Origin: Candidatus Latescibacterota bacterium
GTDB taxonomy: Bacteria; Latescibacterota; CBDEFO01
DNA: 64,000 bases
Direction of reading: 5' to 3'
Assembly (NCBI GenBank): GCA_965248755.1
Contig: OZ252149.1
Coordinates: 2,016,001-2,080,000 of the forward strand
The stretch's first letter is position 1. Each line of letters starts with the position of its first letter. Below, in pieces: positions 10,036 through 18,965 of this stretch. The notes beneath the pieces are model-generated. The model was not told the DNA's origin, ran no database searches, and worked only from the letters and a program-made list of their open reading frames with translations. A program made the translations under genes and the position numbers.

Positions 10036-10290
10036 ATGCTGGGCTTTATATCCGGAATATTTGTCGGAGGGATGGCAGGAATCGCTGCATCTGAGATATG
10101 CGGTCGAGACATCCCCGATTGGGAAGTAGGATCTTTTGACGAATCGTGGGAGGAGTACGAACTGAAGAAGGAGTTTGAGAAGATAGATATAGAGGACGAG
10201 CTGAAAAGGCTCAAAGATAAGGCGGCCAAAAGGAGCAAAACGGAAAAGGAGGAAAATCATCTTGACTCAAAGCAGATCAAACGGGAATAG
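10036..10290 (+). CDS. Small protein with N-terminal Gly-rich hydrophobic helix and charged coiled-coil tail
   Basis: AAGGAGG RBS; 84 aa. Confidence 0.7.
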   Translation: MLGFISGIFVGGMAGIAASEICGRDIPDWEVGSFDESWEEYELKKEFEKIDIEDELKRLKDKAAKRSKTEKEENHLDSKQIKRE

Positions 10291-10437
10291 TGACTTTGAA
10301 AAGTTATTGCTTTTGTTCTTCGTAGGTATAATTGTAGCTCTTTACGCTATTCTTTGGTTTCCTACTAACGGGAATGCTCAGAAGAAATCAACCTTTCCTG
10401 ATCTGAAAGGCTGTTCCTTTTCAAGGGAATCTACATT

Positions 10438-11496
10438 TTGAGAAACATCCGCTATCAACTGATTAAAGTTCTGTCAGTCTTAAGTTTGTTTCTGAACGCG
10501 ACACCCGGCAGTGCCGCAAATGAACCCGTGTCTGTAAAGCTTATCTGGGAGGGCGAACTTGATTTTAATCTTATTAAGGAGCGTCCTCTCCCATCAAAAT
10601 ATGCGAACAATAGGCTCGTTAAACTGGGAAATATAAACCACGATCAAAAGGATGATATTGTCTACATAGACGGTGGGCAACAAACTCACTTGTTGGGATT
10701 CGATGGACATCCGGCTGGCTATACCTGGGACGGTGACACGTTTCGTCAAGTCACCACGTATGAGAAATGCGAACTGAGAGATGTCTATGACTTTGCGTGT
10801 CATAAATTGGGTATTTGGACTGGGCAAGGGCGAGATCTGACGTCCTGCAACTTTGGCAGCGGTACAAGATACACCTACTATTCTCCGGGAAATACAGGAC
10901 TTCCGATCCGAACTCTAAATATTCTGCAGGATCCTTCCGGGCCGTTGTTTCTAATCGGCTTCATTTCATCTGTCAAGATCACGCCCGGTACCGTTGGCGA
11001 ACGCTATAAATTTGTCTTGTTTAGTCACGATAGGCAGCTCGTCACGATTGCGGAGGTTGACTTTCCATTCCTCTCTTTTCATCCTACAGTCGTGACAGCA
11101 GACTTCAATAACGATAAAGCCGATGAGATCGTTATTTCTGGGCCTCATGGTGACTCTGCCAGTTTCTATTACCTTGTCCGAGATACGTCCTGGCACTTTG
11201 AGCGATTCTTACATGCCGGGGCTGGTCGTTTACACGGTGCGGGAGATGTTGACGGAGATGGGCGTATTGAATTGCTAACAAGTGGTTATGGCTACCCTGA
11301 CCACTCTGAACCTTGGGGAATCTGGTGCTTTGAGTGGCAAAACGGGACCTTTGTGTTTGATCGCCATATCTCGTTTCCCGAAGAACTCAAAAATACTATT
11401 CCCAGTAACCTTATGCTCGGCAATCTAATAGGTGATGCGGTGCCTGAGTTGTTCTATCGCGATGGTAATCATGTGAAAGTGTACGGTTTTGAATAG
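10438..11496 (+). CDS. Secreted FG-GAP/VCBS-repeat protein
   Basis: Signal peptide; GNINHDQKDD, ADFNNDKADE and GDVDGDGRIE motifs. Confidence 0.7.
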   Translation: MRNIRYQLIKVLSVLSLFLNATPGSAANEPVSVKLIWEGELDFNLIKERPLPSKYANNRLVKLGNINHDQKDDIVYIDGGQQTHLLGFDGHPAGYTWDGDTFRQVTTYEKCELRDVYDFACHKLGIWTGQGRDLTSCNFGSGTRYTYYSPGNTGLPIRTLNILQDPSGPLFLIGFISSVKITPGTVGERYKFVLFSHDRQLVTIAEVDFPFLSFHPTVVTADFNNDKADEIVISGPHGDSASFYYLVRDTSWHFERFLHAGAGRLHGAGDVDGDGRIELLTSGYGYPDHSEPWGIWCFEWQNGTFVFDRHISFPEELKNTIPSNLMLGNLIGDAVPELFYRDGNHVKVYGFE

Positions 11497-11611
11497 GAGT
11501 CGAGATTCATAGTTGGAAGCCTCGTAGCCAGTCGTTAATAGTCACTTCAAATTTATATTAAGAAACAGAAGGTGAATGTCTGTTCTGCATTAGATAACTC
11601 TATAACGGAGG

Positions 11612-12688
11612 ATGAAAATGCGCCCAACGAGCATAATCTTAATTATTTCCCTTTTAGCCCTGTTTACGGCTATAAATACATATGCCCAAGGAGAAGAAAC
11701 CCTCAGGGGATACCTCACATCTCCTGACAAGATAGATCAAAGTCTCCTTGAGAAATTAAGAGACGAGGGATACAACGCCGTCGTCCTTGACATATCCAGG
11801 ATCAAAAAGGAGGCTGATCTTTCCAGTTTCAAAGACAGCATAATCACAAGCGGCTTCGGTCTGTACTACTGGATCGAGGTCGGAAGAGACAGGTCTGCCG
11901 TAGCCAAAAACCGAAAATGGATGCACCGTCCGCATAAGACGGGGTTCTACGGCGGCTCTTCTGTGTCCATATATCCCTGGGTCTCCATCAACAACAAGGG
12001 TGTCTTCGACTACGAAAAGGATAGGGTAAAATCCCTCATCCAAAGAGCAGGACCGGAGCGTGCCCTCGGCATCTTTCTCAACGATGTCCAGTCCGCTCCC
12101 GAAGGCTGCGGCTGCGGGAACGCCCTTTGCAGGATGTGGGATAACTCGGAAGGTGAGAAGTTGTCAGGGGATTGGCCCGATTACTTTGGAAAGAACCCCA
12201 TAGCTGTCTTAAGGTTTGTAGAAGCCGTAGAATCTCTTTTTCCCAGGTTGAACGTAGTCCCGATCATTACGGAAGAGTGCGAAGCGGGCCTTGAAGTCGG
12301 AGGCGTCAAAGATCCTGAAACTACGTTGGGATACGGAAGAATGCTCTGTTCTCATCCCGACGGATTGGAGACTTATCCCACACTTATAAAGACTCTAAGT
12401 CCTCTGAACGCGGTCGGGATACTCTCCCTCTATAAGATCTTCGATAGGGACGACCCCGCCTACGGAGGCCAAGCCGCCTGGGTCGGCGCCATCCTGGATA
12501 GATACAGACTCTACGACAGGGATCAGAGGCTCATATCAGTGATTCAGGGTTGGGACGTGACAGAGGACGAACTAAAAAGCCAGATACAACAGGCCCTTGA
12601 CCACACCGCTTTCGGCTACATCGTAGCAGGCGTTGAAATAGACCAAAGCTGGATCGTATTAGATAAGAAGAATATCAAGAAGATATAG
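11612..12688 (+). CDS. Secreted hypothetical protein, possible TIM-barrel fold with a Cys cluster
   Basis: GGAGG RBS; signal peptide; GYNAVVL, YYWIEV, GIFLND and GCGCGNALC segments. Confidence 0.7.
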   Translation: MKMRPTSIILIISLLALFTAINTYAQGEETLRGYLTSPDKIDQSLLEKLRDEGYNAVVLDISRIKKEADLSSFKDSIITSGFGLYYWIEVGRDRSAVAKNRKWMHRPHKTGFYGGSSVSIYPWVSINNKGVFDYEKDRVKSLIQRAGPERALGIFLNDVQSAPEGCGCGNALCRMWDNSEGEKLSGDWPDYFGKNPIAVLRFVEAVESLFPRLNVVPIITEECEAGLEVGGVKDPETTLGYGRMLCSHPDGLETYPTLIKTLSPLNAVGILSLYKIFDRDDPAYGGQAAWVGAILDRYRLYDRDQRLISVIQGWDVTEDELKSQIQQALDHTAFGYIVAGVEIDQSWIVLDKKNIKKI

Positions 12689-12750
12689 GAAAAGGTCGTA
12701 AGTGCAGATACCTTAAGGGATACGCTTACGACCTTCAGAAAACTCTAAAT

Positions 12751-12826
12751 TGGTGGCGCATAGGGGAGTCGAACCCCTGTTTCTGGCGTGAGAGGCCAGC
12801 GTCCTAGGCCACTGGACGAATGCGCC
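12751..12826 (-). tRNA. tRNA-Glu (anticodon CTC)
   Basis: Reverse complement GGCGCATTCGTCCAGTGGCCTAGGACGCTGGCCTCTCACGCCAGAAACAGGGGTTCGACTCCCCTATGCGCCACCA folds as a cloverleaf with TTCGA T-loop and encoded CCA. Confidence 0.97.
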
Positions 12827-12835
12827 GTTATCGTC

Positions 12836-12877
12836 TCCCCGACCCCCAATAGATTCAATCAGGGGGTCAATCGGGGA
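12836..12877. repeat. Nested pair of 23-bp palindromic elements
   Basis: TCCCCGA[CCCCCAATAGATTCAATCAGGGGG]TCAATCGGGGA. Confidence 0.85.
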
Positions 12878-12884
12878 CCAGAAC

Positions 12885-12913
12885 AATATAATAAGGTTGA
12901 TGGTACAACGCAA
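12885..12913 (-). promoter_or_regulatory. Putative sigma70 promoter of tRNA-Glu
   Basis: TTGCGT-17 bp-TATATT on the minus strand, with an upstream A-tract. Confidence 0.6.
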
Positions 12914-12965
12914 GTTTTTTTGTTTGCACCCTGATATTATGCTATATATTATCTCCTGTTTGTCT

Positions 12966-13421
12966 TCAGCAGCCTTTGACACTGATTATGCCTATCACTA
13001 CACCGGGAATGGTGCCGTACTTCAATATCCATCCGACGACCCTCCGCCTTCTGTATTGATTGAAGTCATGTTTCTCCTCAGCTCTTATGCCGCCTTCCAC
13101 AAAAGAGATCAAGTTATTTAATTCATATTCCCAGAATTCCCTGTCGGGCTTCAAGATAATCTGTCCGATCGTCTGTATCTTATACGAAAGAGTGCATTTT
13201 GTAGAATTGGCGTCTATCTCTTCAAGCTCAGCGTTCAGGAGAGTGTGACACTTCTCTATTCTGAAGGTGTATAGTGACACCCATCTTTTCCCGCGCTCGA
13301 AGATATAGCTTCCTTCCGACTCTTGTTTGAGGCTGTATCCTTCTTCTGTAAAATATCTGCGCACAAGATCTAACGCTTGGGACAGATTCTTATTAAGCTT
13401 TATTGTTCTGCTAAATCGCAT
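12966..13421 (-). CDS. Hypothetical protein with C-terminal membrane anchor
   Basis: 151-aa ORF with normal composition and a hydrophobic C-terminus. Confidence 0.65.
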   Translation of the reverse strand: MRFSRTIKLNKNLSQALDLVRRYFTEEGYSLKQESEGSYIFERGKRWVSLYTFRIEKCHTLLNAELEEIDANSTKCTLSYKIQTIGQIILKPDREFWEYELNNLISFVEGGIRAEEKHDFNQYRRRRVVGWILKYGTIPGVVIGIISVKGC

Positions 13422-13473
13422 GCTACCGGGAGGGTTTATTCTTCAATCATTCCAATTTCCTCAATAAGCTATC

Positions 13474-13521
13474 GTAGGGGCACGGTTCCCTGCCCTTGAG
13501 GCGAGTAGACCTCGCCCCTAC
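13474..13521. repeat. GTAG-type REP doublet
   Basis: GTAGGGGCACGGTTCCCTGCCC..GGCGAGTAGACCTCGCCCCTAC. Confidence 0.8.
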
Positions 13522-13531
13522 ATAAGGTTCC

Positions 13532-14500
13532 CTACGACAGATACTTCTTGGGAAACTTAGCCACAGCTGTGTAATTAGGATCGACTACATTTCCCACTCG
13601 CATCGTGCCCACTTGAGATAAGACCTGGAAGGCCTCCCATTTTTCGTACCCGTAGTCCTCCACAAGCCACTTGACTATATCTATGTAAGCTGCTTGGAGG
13701 GCCTCCATAAGGGGCCGCGAGCTTGCTGCGCTCATAATGTGTGTTGCATCTTCGAGCCTGGGCATTTCGATGTTCCGTCCTTTTATCACTTCTATCCGAA
13801 CGGTCACTTCCGCTGTGGTTTCCAGACCCCCGCCGCATATTTCTCCGTCGCCCTGAGCGGCGTGGATGTCTCCAAACTCTAAATACGCTCCCGTGTATCC
13901 GACGGGAAGATGGAGAGTTGTCCCCTCCTTCGTCTCGACACAGTCCATATTTCCCCCGTATTCTCCCGGCGTCAGCGTCATCTCCACGCGCCCATAGCGC
14001 GGGGCCACGCCTATTGAGCCTATAAATGGATGCAAACGGATCTCCACCTTTCCTATCTTGCTCTGCGGAAGTTCCAAAGTCCCGACCATGCGGTCTAAAT
14101 CAAGATTCCAGTCATACTTCGCCTCTGGAATAGGATCGTTCAAAAGCAAAGATCTGCCTGGACCCTCTCCTGTGAAAGAACCGAAGTTGGGCAAGTGCAT
14201 GGACCATGCGTAGGGTCTGTTCAAAGCGATCTTTTCGATGAACACAGATAGTGCATCGCCAACTTGGGCGTCTTCGACGTAGATAGGACCCACTACCGGA
14301 TTCGATTCTCGGAGCTCTGTGTTTTCGCTCTTTTGTTTTTCCTCCTGTGTGATAGGGTTCATATTTTCGTCGAATCCATACGCGTCGCGGGTCTTGACGG
14401 TGACCCTATCCCCGCTCTTGACCACAAGAGCTGGCTCATTGGGTCCGAAGGTGTAATAATAGACCTTCGGAGCGAGTCTGTGTGTAACTCCGTCGTTCAT
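13532..14500 (-). CDS. Acetamidase/formamidase family protein
   Basis: NPVVGPIYVEDAQVGD, GGNMD and GDIHAAQGDGEICG motifs; start placed at ATG 14500. Confidence 0.92.
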   Translation of the reverse strand: MNDGVTHRLAPKVYYYTFGPNEPALVVKSGDRVTVKTRDAYGFDENMNPITQEEKQKSENTELRESNPVVGPIYVEDAQVGDALSVFIEKIALNRPYAWSMHLPNFGSFTGEGPGRSLLLNDPIPEAKYDWNLDLDRMVGTLELPQSKIGKVEIRLHPFIGSIGVAPRYGRVEMTLTPGEYGGNMDCVETKEGTTLHLPVGYTGAYLEFGDIHAAQGDGEICGGGLETTAEVTVRIEVIKGRNIEMPRLEDATHIMSAASSRPLMEALQAAYIDIVKWLVEDYGYEKWEAFQVLSQVGTMRVGNVVDPNYTAVAKFPKKYLS

Positions 14501-14599
14501 AAAAATCTCTGTCGTTTTTACTCGTGGAAGAAAGAGAATTACCGAAGGTTTGACAGTCAATTGAAAATCTGTACGCTATGTCTTGAAAAAGCTTATATT

Positions 14600-15085
14600 T
14601 GAGTGAACGACAATTCTCCCATTTTGTGAAATTTTGGGCAATTTTGCCTTCATCTACATCCAGGTCGTCTTCGATGCATCGTTGAACTACATCAGGTATT
14701 CCTGCGTATTTGGGGAAGTCGACCTTGTTCTCCGATAGAATTTCTATGAAAGATCATGCTGATGCCTTCGATCTTCATGATGGCGACGCTGGCTCGTCTG
14801 GGACTTGGTGACCATAGTGCCAGCTTCATCATATATTTTCTTATATACTTTCTTAGGTACTTCCTTAACAGGCTCTGCATCACCTTGTAGGACAATCAGT
14901 TAGAGGGAGAATTGTTGTTTTGACAACCTTTTGTTGTCGTTTTAACAACTTTTTGCTGTTGTTCTGATAACTTTCTGTTGTTGTTTTGACAACCTTTAGA
15001 GATCCAAGTTGGGGTATCTGTATTAATTTGATAGCACCTTGTTCTGACCTCTCCGTCCATCTGTCTGATGATCTTCTTCTTCCTG
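14600..15085 (-). pseudogene. Decayed internal fragment of a replication-initiator gene, inverted paralog of ~55175-55620
   Basis: The reverse complement aligns by eye with the 55-kb copy (TATCAAATTAATACAGAT.CCCCAACTTGGATC, TCTTTCATAGAAATTCTATC, GATGTAGATGAA). Boundaries approximate. Confidence 0.8.
14911..14998 (-). repeat. Four tandem 22-bp iteron-like repeats
   Basis: Units at 14911, 14933, 14955 and 14977; minus-strand consensus about WAAARGTTGTCAAAACRACAAC. Confidence 0.85.
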
Positions 15086-15217
15086 TCTACTGATCATTGC
15101 TCACCAAATATAAATATATCCTGATAAAGCGTGCGATCAAAGTCATTCCTACTGGTAATACACCGTTGTCTTTGACGCAATTGATTTTCATATAAGACTT
15201 ATAGTATTATAAACACT

Positions 15218-16114
15218 TTATAAGTAGGTTCTTATAACATCCTCAAACCTTGCAGGCTCGATCCCGAAATCCTCTCTCATAGCCCTTATGTCCCCCACAT
15301 TGTCTTCTTTGAGCATCTTCAACTGATCTCTGTTGAACGGAGGATTCGGATGGAGTTTCTCTAATATTGACGCTACAGGATACATTAGGATCGAAGGGAT
15401 ATGCGCTTTGAATCTTCTCCTTTTTGTCACGTGCATAATCGTATCCATAATCTGGTTGAACGTCAACTGCTCCGGTCCACCTAGGTCGTATTCTTTATTG
15501 GTAATATTCTCATCTAACAGAGCCGTAACAAAGCAGAAAGCCACGTCCTCCACGGCTATGGGCTGCATCTTGGATTCCCCTGATCCTATAACCGGCAGCG
15601 TTCTCGTAATAACTCCCGGGAATCTCATCATATTTGCAAAGAGGTTCACGAACTCATCGTCCTTTCCGCAGATTATGGAGGGTCTCAAGATTACATAAGG
15701 GATGCCGCTTTCTCTCACAGCCTCCTCACCCTCCCATTTGGTCTTATGGTACCGGCTCACAGCATCAGGGCGCGCGCCCAAAGCGCTCATGTGCACGAAT
15801 TTGCTCACACCGGTGAGCTTTGCCTCCTCTACCACGTTCTTTGTCCCTAAAGAGTGAACCTTCTCGAACTTGGCCCCTTTGATCTCCTTGATTATCCCCA
15901 CAATATGGATAACCCCATCGCAGCCATCCATAGCGCCATTTAAGGAATCCCGCTCTGTAATATCCCCCTCTTGATACTCCACACCGTCTATATCAGCGAG
16001 GTCCCGCCGGGATGAAGGACGCACCAGACAGCGAACCTGATGTCCTTCATCCACAAGCTTATGAACGATATTACGTCCCACAAAGCCCGTCCCTCCTGTT
16101 AGGAAGACTTTCAT
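15218..16114 (-). CDS. NAD(P)-binding atypical SDR (NDUFA9-like epimerase family)
   Basis: TGGTGFVG, HMSALGA, YHKTKWEGE and QPIAVEDVA motifs. Confidence 0.9.
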   Translation of the reverse strand: MKVFLTGGTGFVGRNIVHKLVDEGHQVRCLVRPSSRRDLADIDGVEYQEGDITERDSLNGAMDGCDGVIHIVGIIKEIKGAKFEKVHSLGTKNVVEEAKLTGVSKFVHMSALGARPDAVSRYHKTKWEGEEAVRESGIPYVILRPSIICGKDDEFVNLFANMMRFPGVITRTLPVIGSGESKMQPIAVEDVAFCFVTALLDENITNKEYDLGGPEQLTFNQIMDTIMHVTKRRRFKAHIPSILMYPVASILEKLHPNPPFNRDQLKMLKEDNVGDIRAMREDFGIEPARFEDVIRTYL

Positions 16115-16216
16115 TGGAGCCACCTCCTGAAGGCTAAGGCGACGGCTAAAACAAAGTCACCTTCGCCTTACTCAAGAAATCTCTTTACATTCAAGCGCTC
16201 TTTTCATACTTTTAAT

Positions 16217-16825
16217 ATGACTCAGATAGTCAAAGGAGAAGCTGGTGTTAAAACGACATTCTCAGAGTTGGTGATTGAGGGTCCTTTCGCGCTGGTGAAA
16301 GGTTTCTTGATGGGATTTCTCTGCACCTACCCTGAGCTCCCAAGATACTCTCTTCATCGAAAGGTGGGCATCAGGCGGCACACCCTGAGGGATTTGTTAT
16401 CGGAACTGTTCGAGTTTGACAATCTCGTCCACCTTTGTCTGGAAGACAGAGTCGTGGAAGAGTTCAAAGGAGCCATAGCTAAAGCGACCCCTACTATAGG
16501 CATCTCAATCAAGGCCTTAAAGAAGATCGCCAGCACCGAATTCAACTTCTCGTTTGAGATCTTTGATAAGGCTCTGGCCCATCGATGCAAAGCTATGTTT
16601 TCTGACCTCCCCCACGATGTTAGCCTTGTTAACTTTGAATGCAAGGACAAGGCCGTTGAAGATGAGAGCACATCGAGTGCCTATGCCCCTATGCATGCCT
16701 ATTCATTATAGGGGAAAAGACATTGTCAGAGGCGATTTCGGAGGTGTCATCGATTTTTTCCTAAACTCGGTGAGCTATCCCAATTCATCTTAACCAATGA
16801 GATAAATCTTGAGTTTGAGTCTTGA
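16217..16825 (+). pseudogene. Hypothetical protein with two compensating frameshifts near the 3' end
   Basis: The ORF stops at 16711. Coding-like sequence continues in a shifted frame (HYRGKDIVRGDFGGVIDFF) and returns to the original frame (LGELSQFILTNEINLEFES*), ending at 16825. Confidence 0.55.
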
Positions 16826-16850
16826 AAGGGCCTAAGGACAGAGATCTGCC

Positions 16851-17642
16851 ATGAGAGTTAAAGACAAAGTCGCCGTAATCACAGGATCAGCTTCGGGCAT
16901 CGGACGCGCTACAGCTTACCTTCTGTCGGAAGAAGGAGCAAATATTGTAGTTGCAGACATAAATGACCGTGGGGGAGAAAAGACCGTTCAGGTCATCAAA
17001 GACAAAAAAAGAAGGGCGATCTACCTCCACACAGACGTGACGAAATCCGACCAGGTCCAGACTATGGCGCAATCTGCACTCAACGAGTTCGGGAGGATAG
17101 ATTGCCTTGTAAACAACGCCGCTATCTGTAAGGGAGAGGAAGTCCACGAAACTGACGAGGAGACGTGGGACCTCGACATAAACGTGGTCTTAAAGAGTCA
17201 ATACCTCTGCTCCAAAGCTGTCCTCCCTTACATGATAGAAGGAGGAGGAGGATCCATAGTCAATATATCCTCTGTCAATGCACTTATGGGATTCGGAGCA
17301 AGTTCTTACAGTGCGGCAAAGGCCGGAGTCTTATCCCTCACGAGGACTATGGCCGTTCGCTATGGGCAGAAGGGAGTACGAGTCAACGCCATCTGCCCTG
17401 GAACTATACACACCGAAATATGGGAAGAAAGAGTCGCCAAAGATCCCCACGTCCTTGACAGACTTGCTAAATGGTATCCATTAGGGAGAGTGGGAAAACC
17501 TGAAGATATTGCCAACGCAGTCCTCTTTTTAGCCTCCGATGAATCCTCCTTTGCCACTGGGGCTGTATTCGTCATAGACGGCGGACTCACAGCGGGAATG
17601 ATGAGGATGACGCAGGAACTTATGGTGTCTGAGTGGGATTAA
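16851..17642 (+). CDS. Short-chain dehydrogenase/reductase
   Basis: TGSASGIG, NNAA, YSAAK and NAICPG motifs. Confidence 0.93.
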   Translation: MRVKDKVAVITGSASGIGRATAYLLSEEGANIVVADINDRGGEKTVQVIKDKKRRAIYLHTDVTKSDQVQTMAQSALNEFGRIDCLVNNAAICKGEEVHETDEETWDLDINVVLKSQYLCSKAVLPYMIEGGGGSIVNISSVNALMGFGASSYSAAKAGVLSLTRTMAVRYGQKGVRVNAICPGTIHTEIWEERVAKDPHVLDRLAKWYPLGRVGKPEDIANAVLFLASDESSFATGAVFVIDGGLTAGMMRMTQELMVSEWD

Positions 17643-17661
17643 TTTCAAGCTTGGCAGGGAT

Positions 17662-18318
17662 CTATGAACTTTCTTGCTTTGCCGTTACTCCCAAGAGTTC
17701 CTTGGCCTTGTCCACAGCCGAAGCAGCATCGGGGGCGTAGCCGTCCGCTCCTATTTCATCTGCGAAGCTCTGAGTCACAGGTGCCCCGCCGATCATTACA
17801 ATAATGTCATCCCTTAAATCCTCCTCTTCGAGGGCCTCAATGACATCTGCCATCCCGGGCATCGTAGTCGTCAAAAGAGCGGACATGCCCAATATATCTG
17901 GCTTGTGCTCTTCGACGTATTCAATCCACTGGTCTATCTGAACATCTACACCCAGATTGACCACCGTAATACCCGCCCCCTCCATCATCATTCCCACAAG
18001 ATTCTTGCCTATGTCGTGGAGATCTCCCTTTACGGTTCCCAAGACAGCGCTGCCCACAGCTTCGACTCCCGTCTCCGTCAGCAGTGGCTTTATGATCTGC
18101 ATTGCCGTCTTCATGGCTCGCGCAGAGATCAGGACTTCGGGCACGTATATCTCATTTTTTCTGAATCTTTCGCCTACAACAGCCATCCCTGGAATCATCC
18201 CTTCATCCAGAATCACCTTGGGGTCTATTCCCTCCTCCACCGCTTCTATTGTCAGCTCCTTCGCCCTGGGAGCATCTCCTGTAATTATGCTATCAGATAG
18301 ACCTTGGAAATCAGCCAT
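17662..18318 (-). CDS. Corrinoid (cobalamin-binding) methyl-carrier protein, MtbC/MttC-like
   Basis: B12 cap domain plus GTVKGDLHDIGKNLV (DxHxxG), SALLTTT and IGGAPVT motifs. Confidence 0.93.
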   Translation of the reverse strand: MADFQGLSDSIITGDAPRAKELTIEAVEEGIDPKVILDEGMIPGMAVVGERFRKNEIYVPEVLISARAMKTAMQIIKPLLTETGVEAVGSAVLGTVKGDLHDIGKNLVGMMMEGAGITVVNLGVDVQIDQWIEYVEEHKPDILGMSALLTTTMPGMADVIEALEEEDLRDDIIVMIGGAPVTQSFADEIGADGYAPDAASAVDKAKELLGVTAKQESS

Positions 18319-18438
18319 TTACCCCCCTTCATATTACGTAATAATGTCTCTCTTCTATATGTACAGAGTGTTCAGATCGCAAGAATTATCCTGTTTATTT
18401 ATAAGATAATATTCCTATTTTGTCAACAGTAATTTTAG

Positions 18439-18965
18439 TGTCCAAGAAGAGTAAAGGAACATGGTATCCATCCACACGGGATAATTTTGTCTATATTTAA
18501 GTTAGGAGCGAAGAAAGGAGGGTAGATACCAGGGAGAATGCAATCACTTATAGCGACGTTCTTGCACTTAATCCTAATCCTGTTGATCTGCGTATCAAGA
18601 TGGTTCAGACTGCACAACAATACGGTGTCTCGTATGCTGCAAGGGCTTTTAATACAACACGCAAGAGTATAAGAAAATGGCTGAAACGTTATCGTGAAGA
18701 GCGAGCAGTAAAGAGTCTTGAAAATGACACGAAAGCACCCATAAACCCTCACTGTCCGTTGCCGGAGGAGATCAGAAAGCTCATCGTAAAGTTACGACTC
18801 ATAAACAAACGCAGGCGAACATGGAAGAGAAAGAAACTTTCCTGGCAGTGGAAAGAGAAACTGCGCCCATTTGAACATATCCAGATCGATGTCAAGCAAC
18901 TCTGTCATGTTTCCAACTACCTGAAGCAACATTGCAAGAACTCAATGGCCCTTCATAAGACATAA
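18439..18965 (+). mobile_element. Truncated IS481-like transposase remnant
   Basis: HTH segment AARAFNTTRKSIRKWLKRY, then an internal deletion, then RPFEHIQIDVK (first DDE aspartate); the rest is missing. Confidence 0.65.

Noticed and set aside
10300..12826. Genomic island integrated at tRNA-Glu
   Set aside because: I found no duplicate of the tRNA 3' end and no integrase in the window.
14911..14998. CRISPR interpretation of the 22-bp repeats (also 55253-55318)
   Set aside because: The units are head-to-tail with no spacers, there are no cas genes, and they lie within an initiator-like gene.
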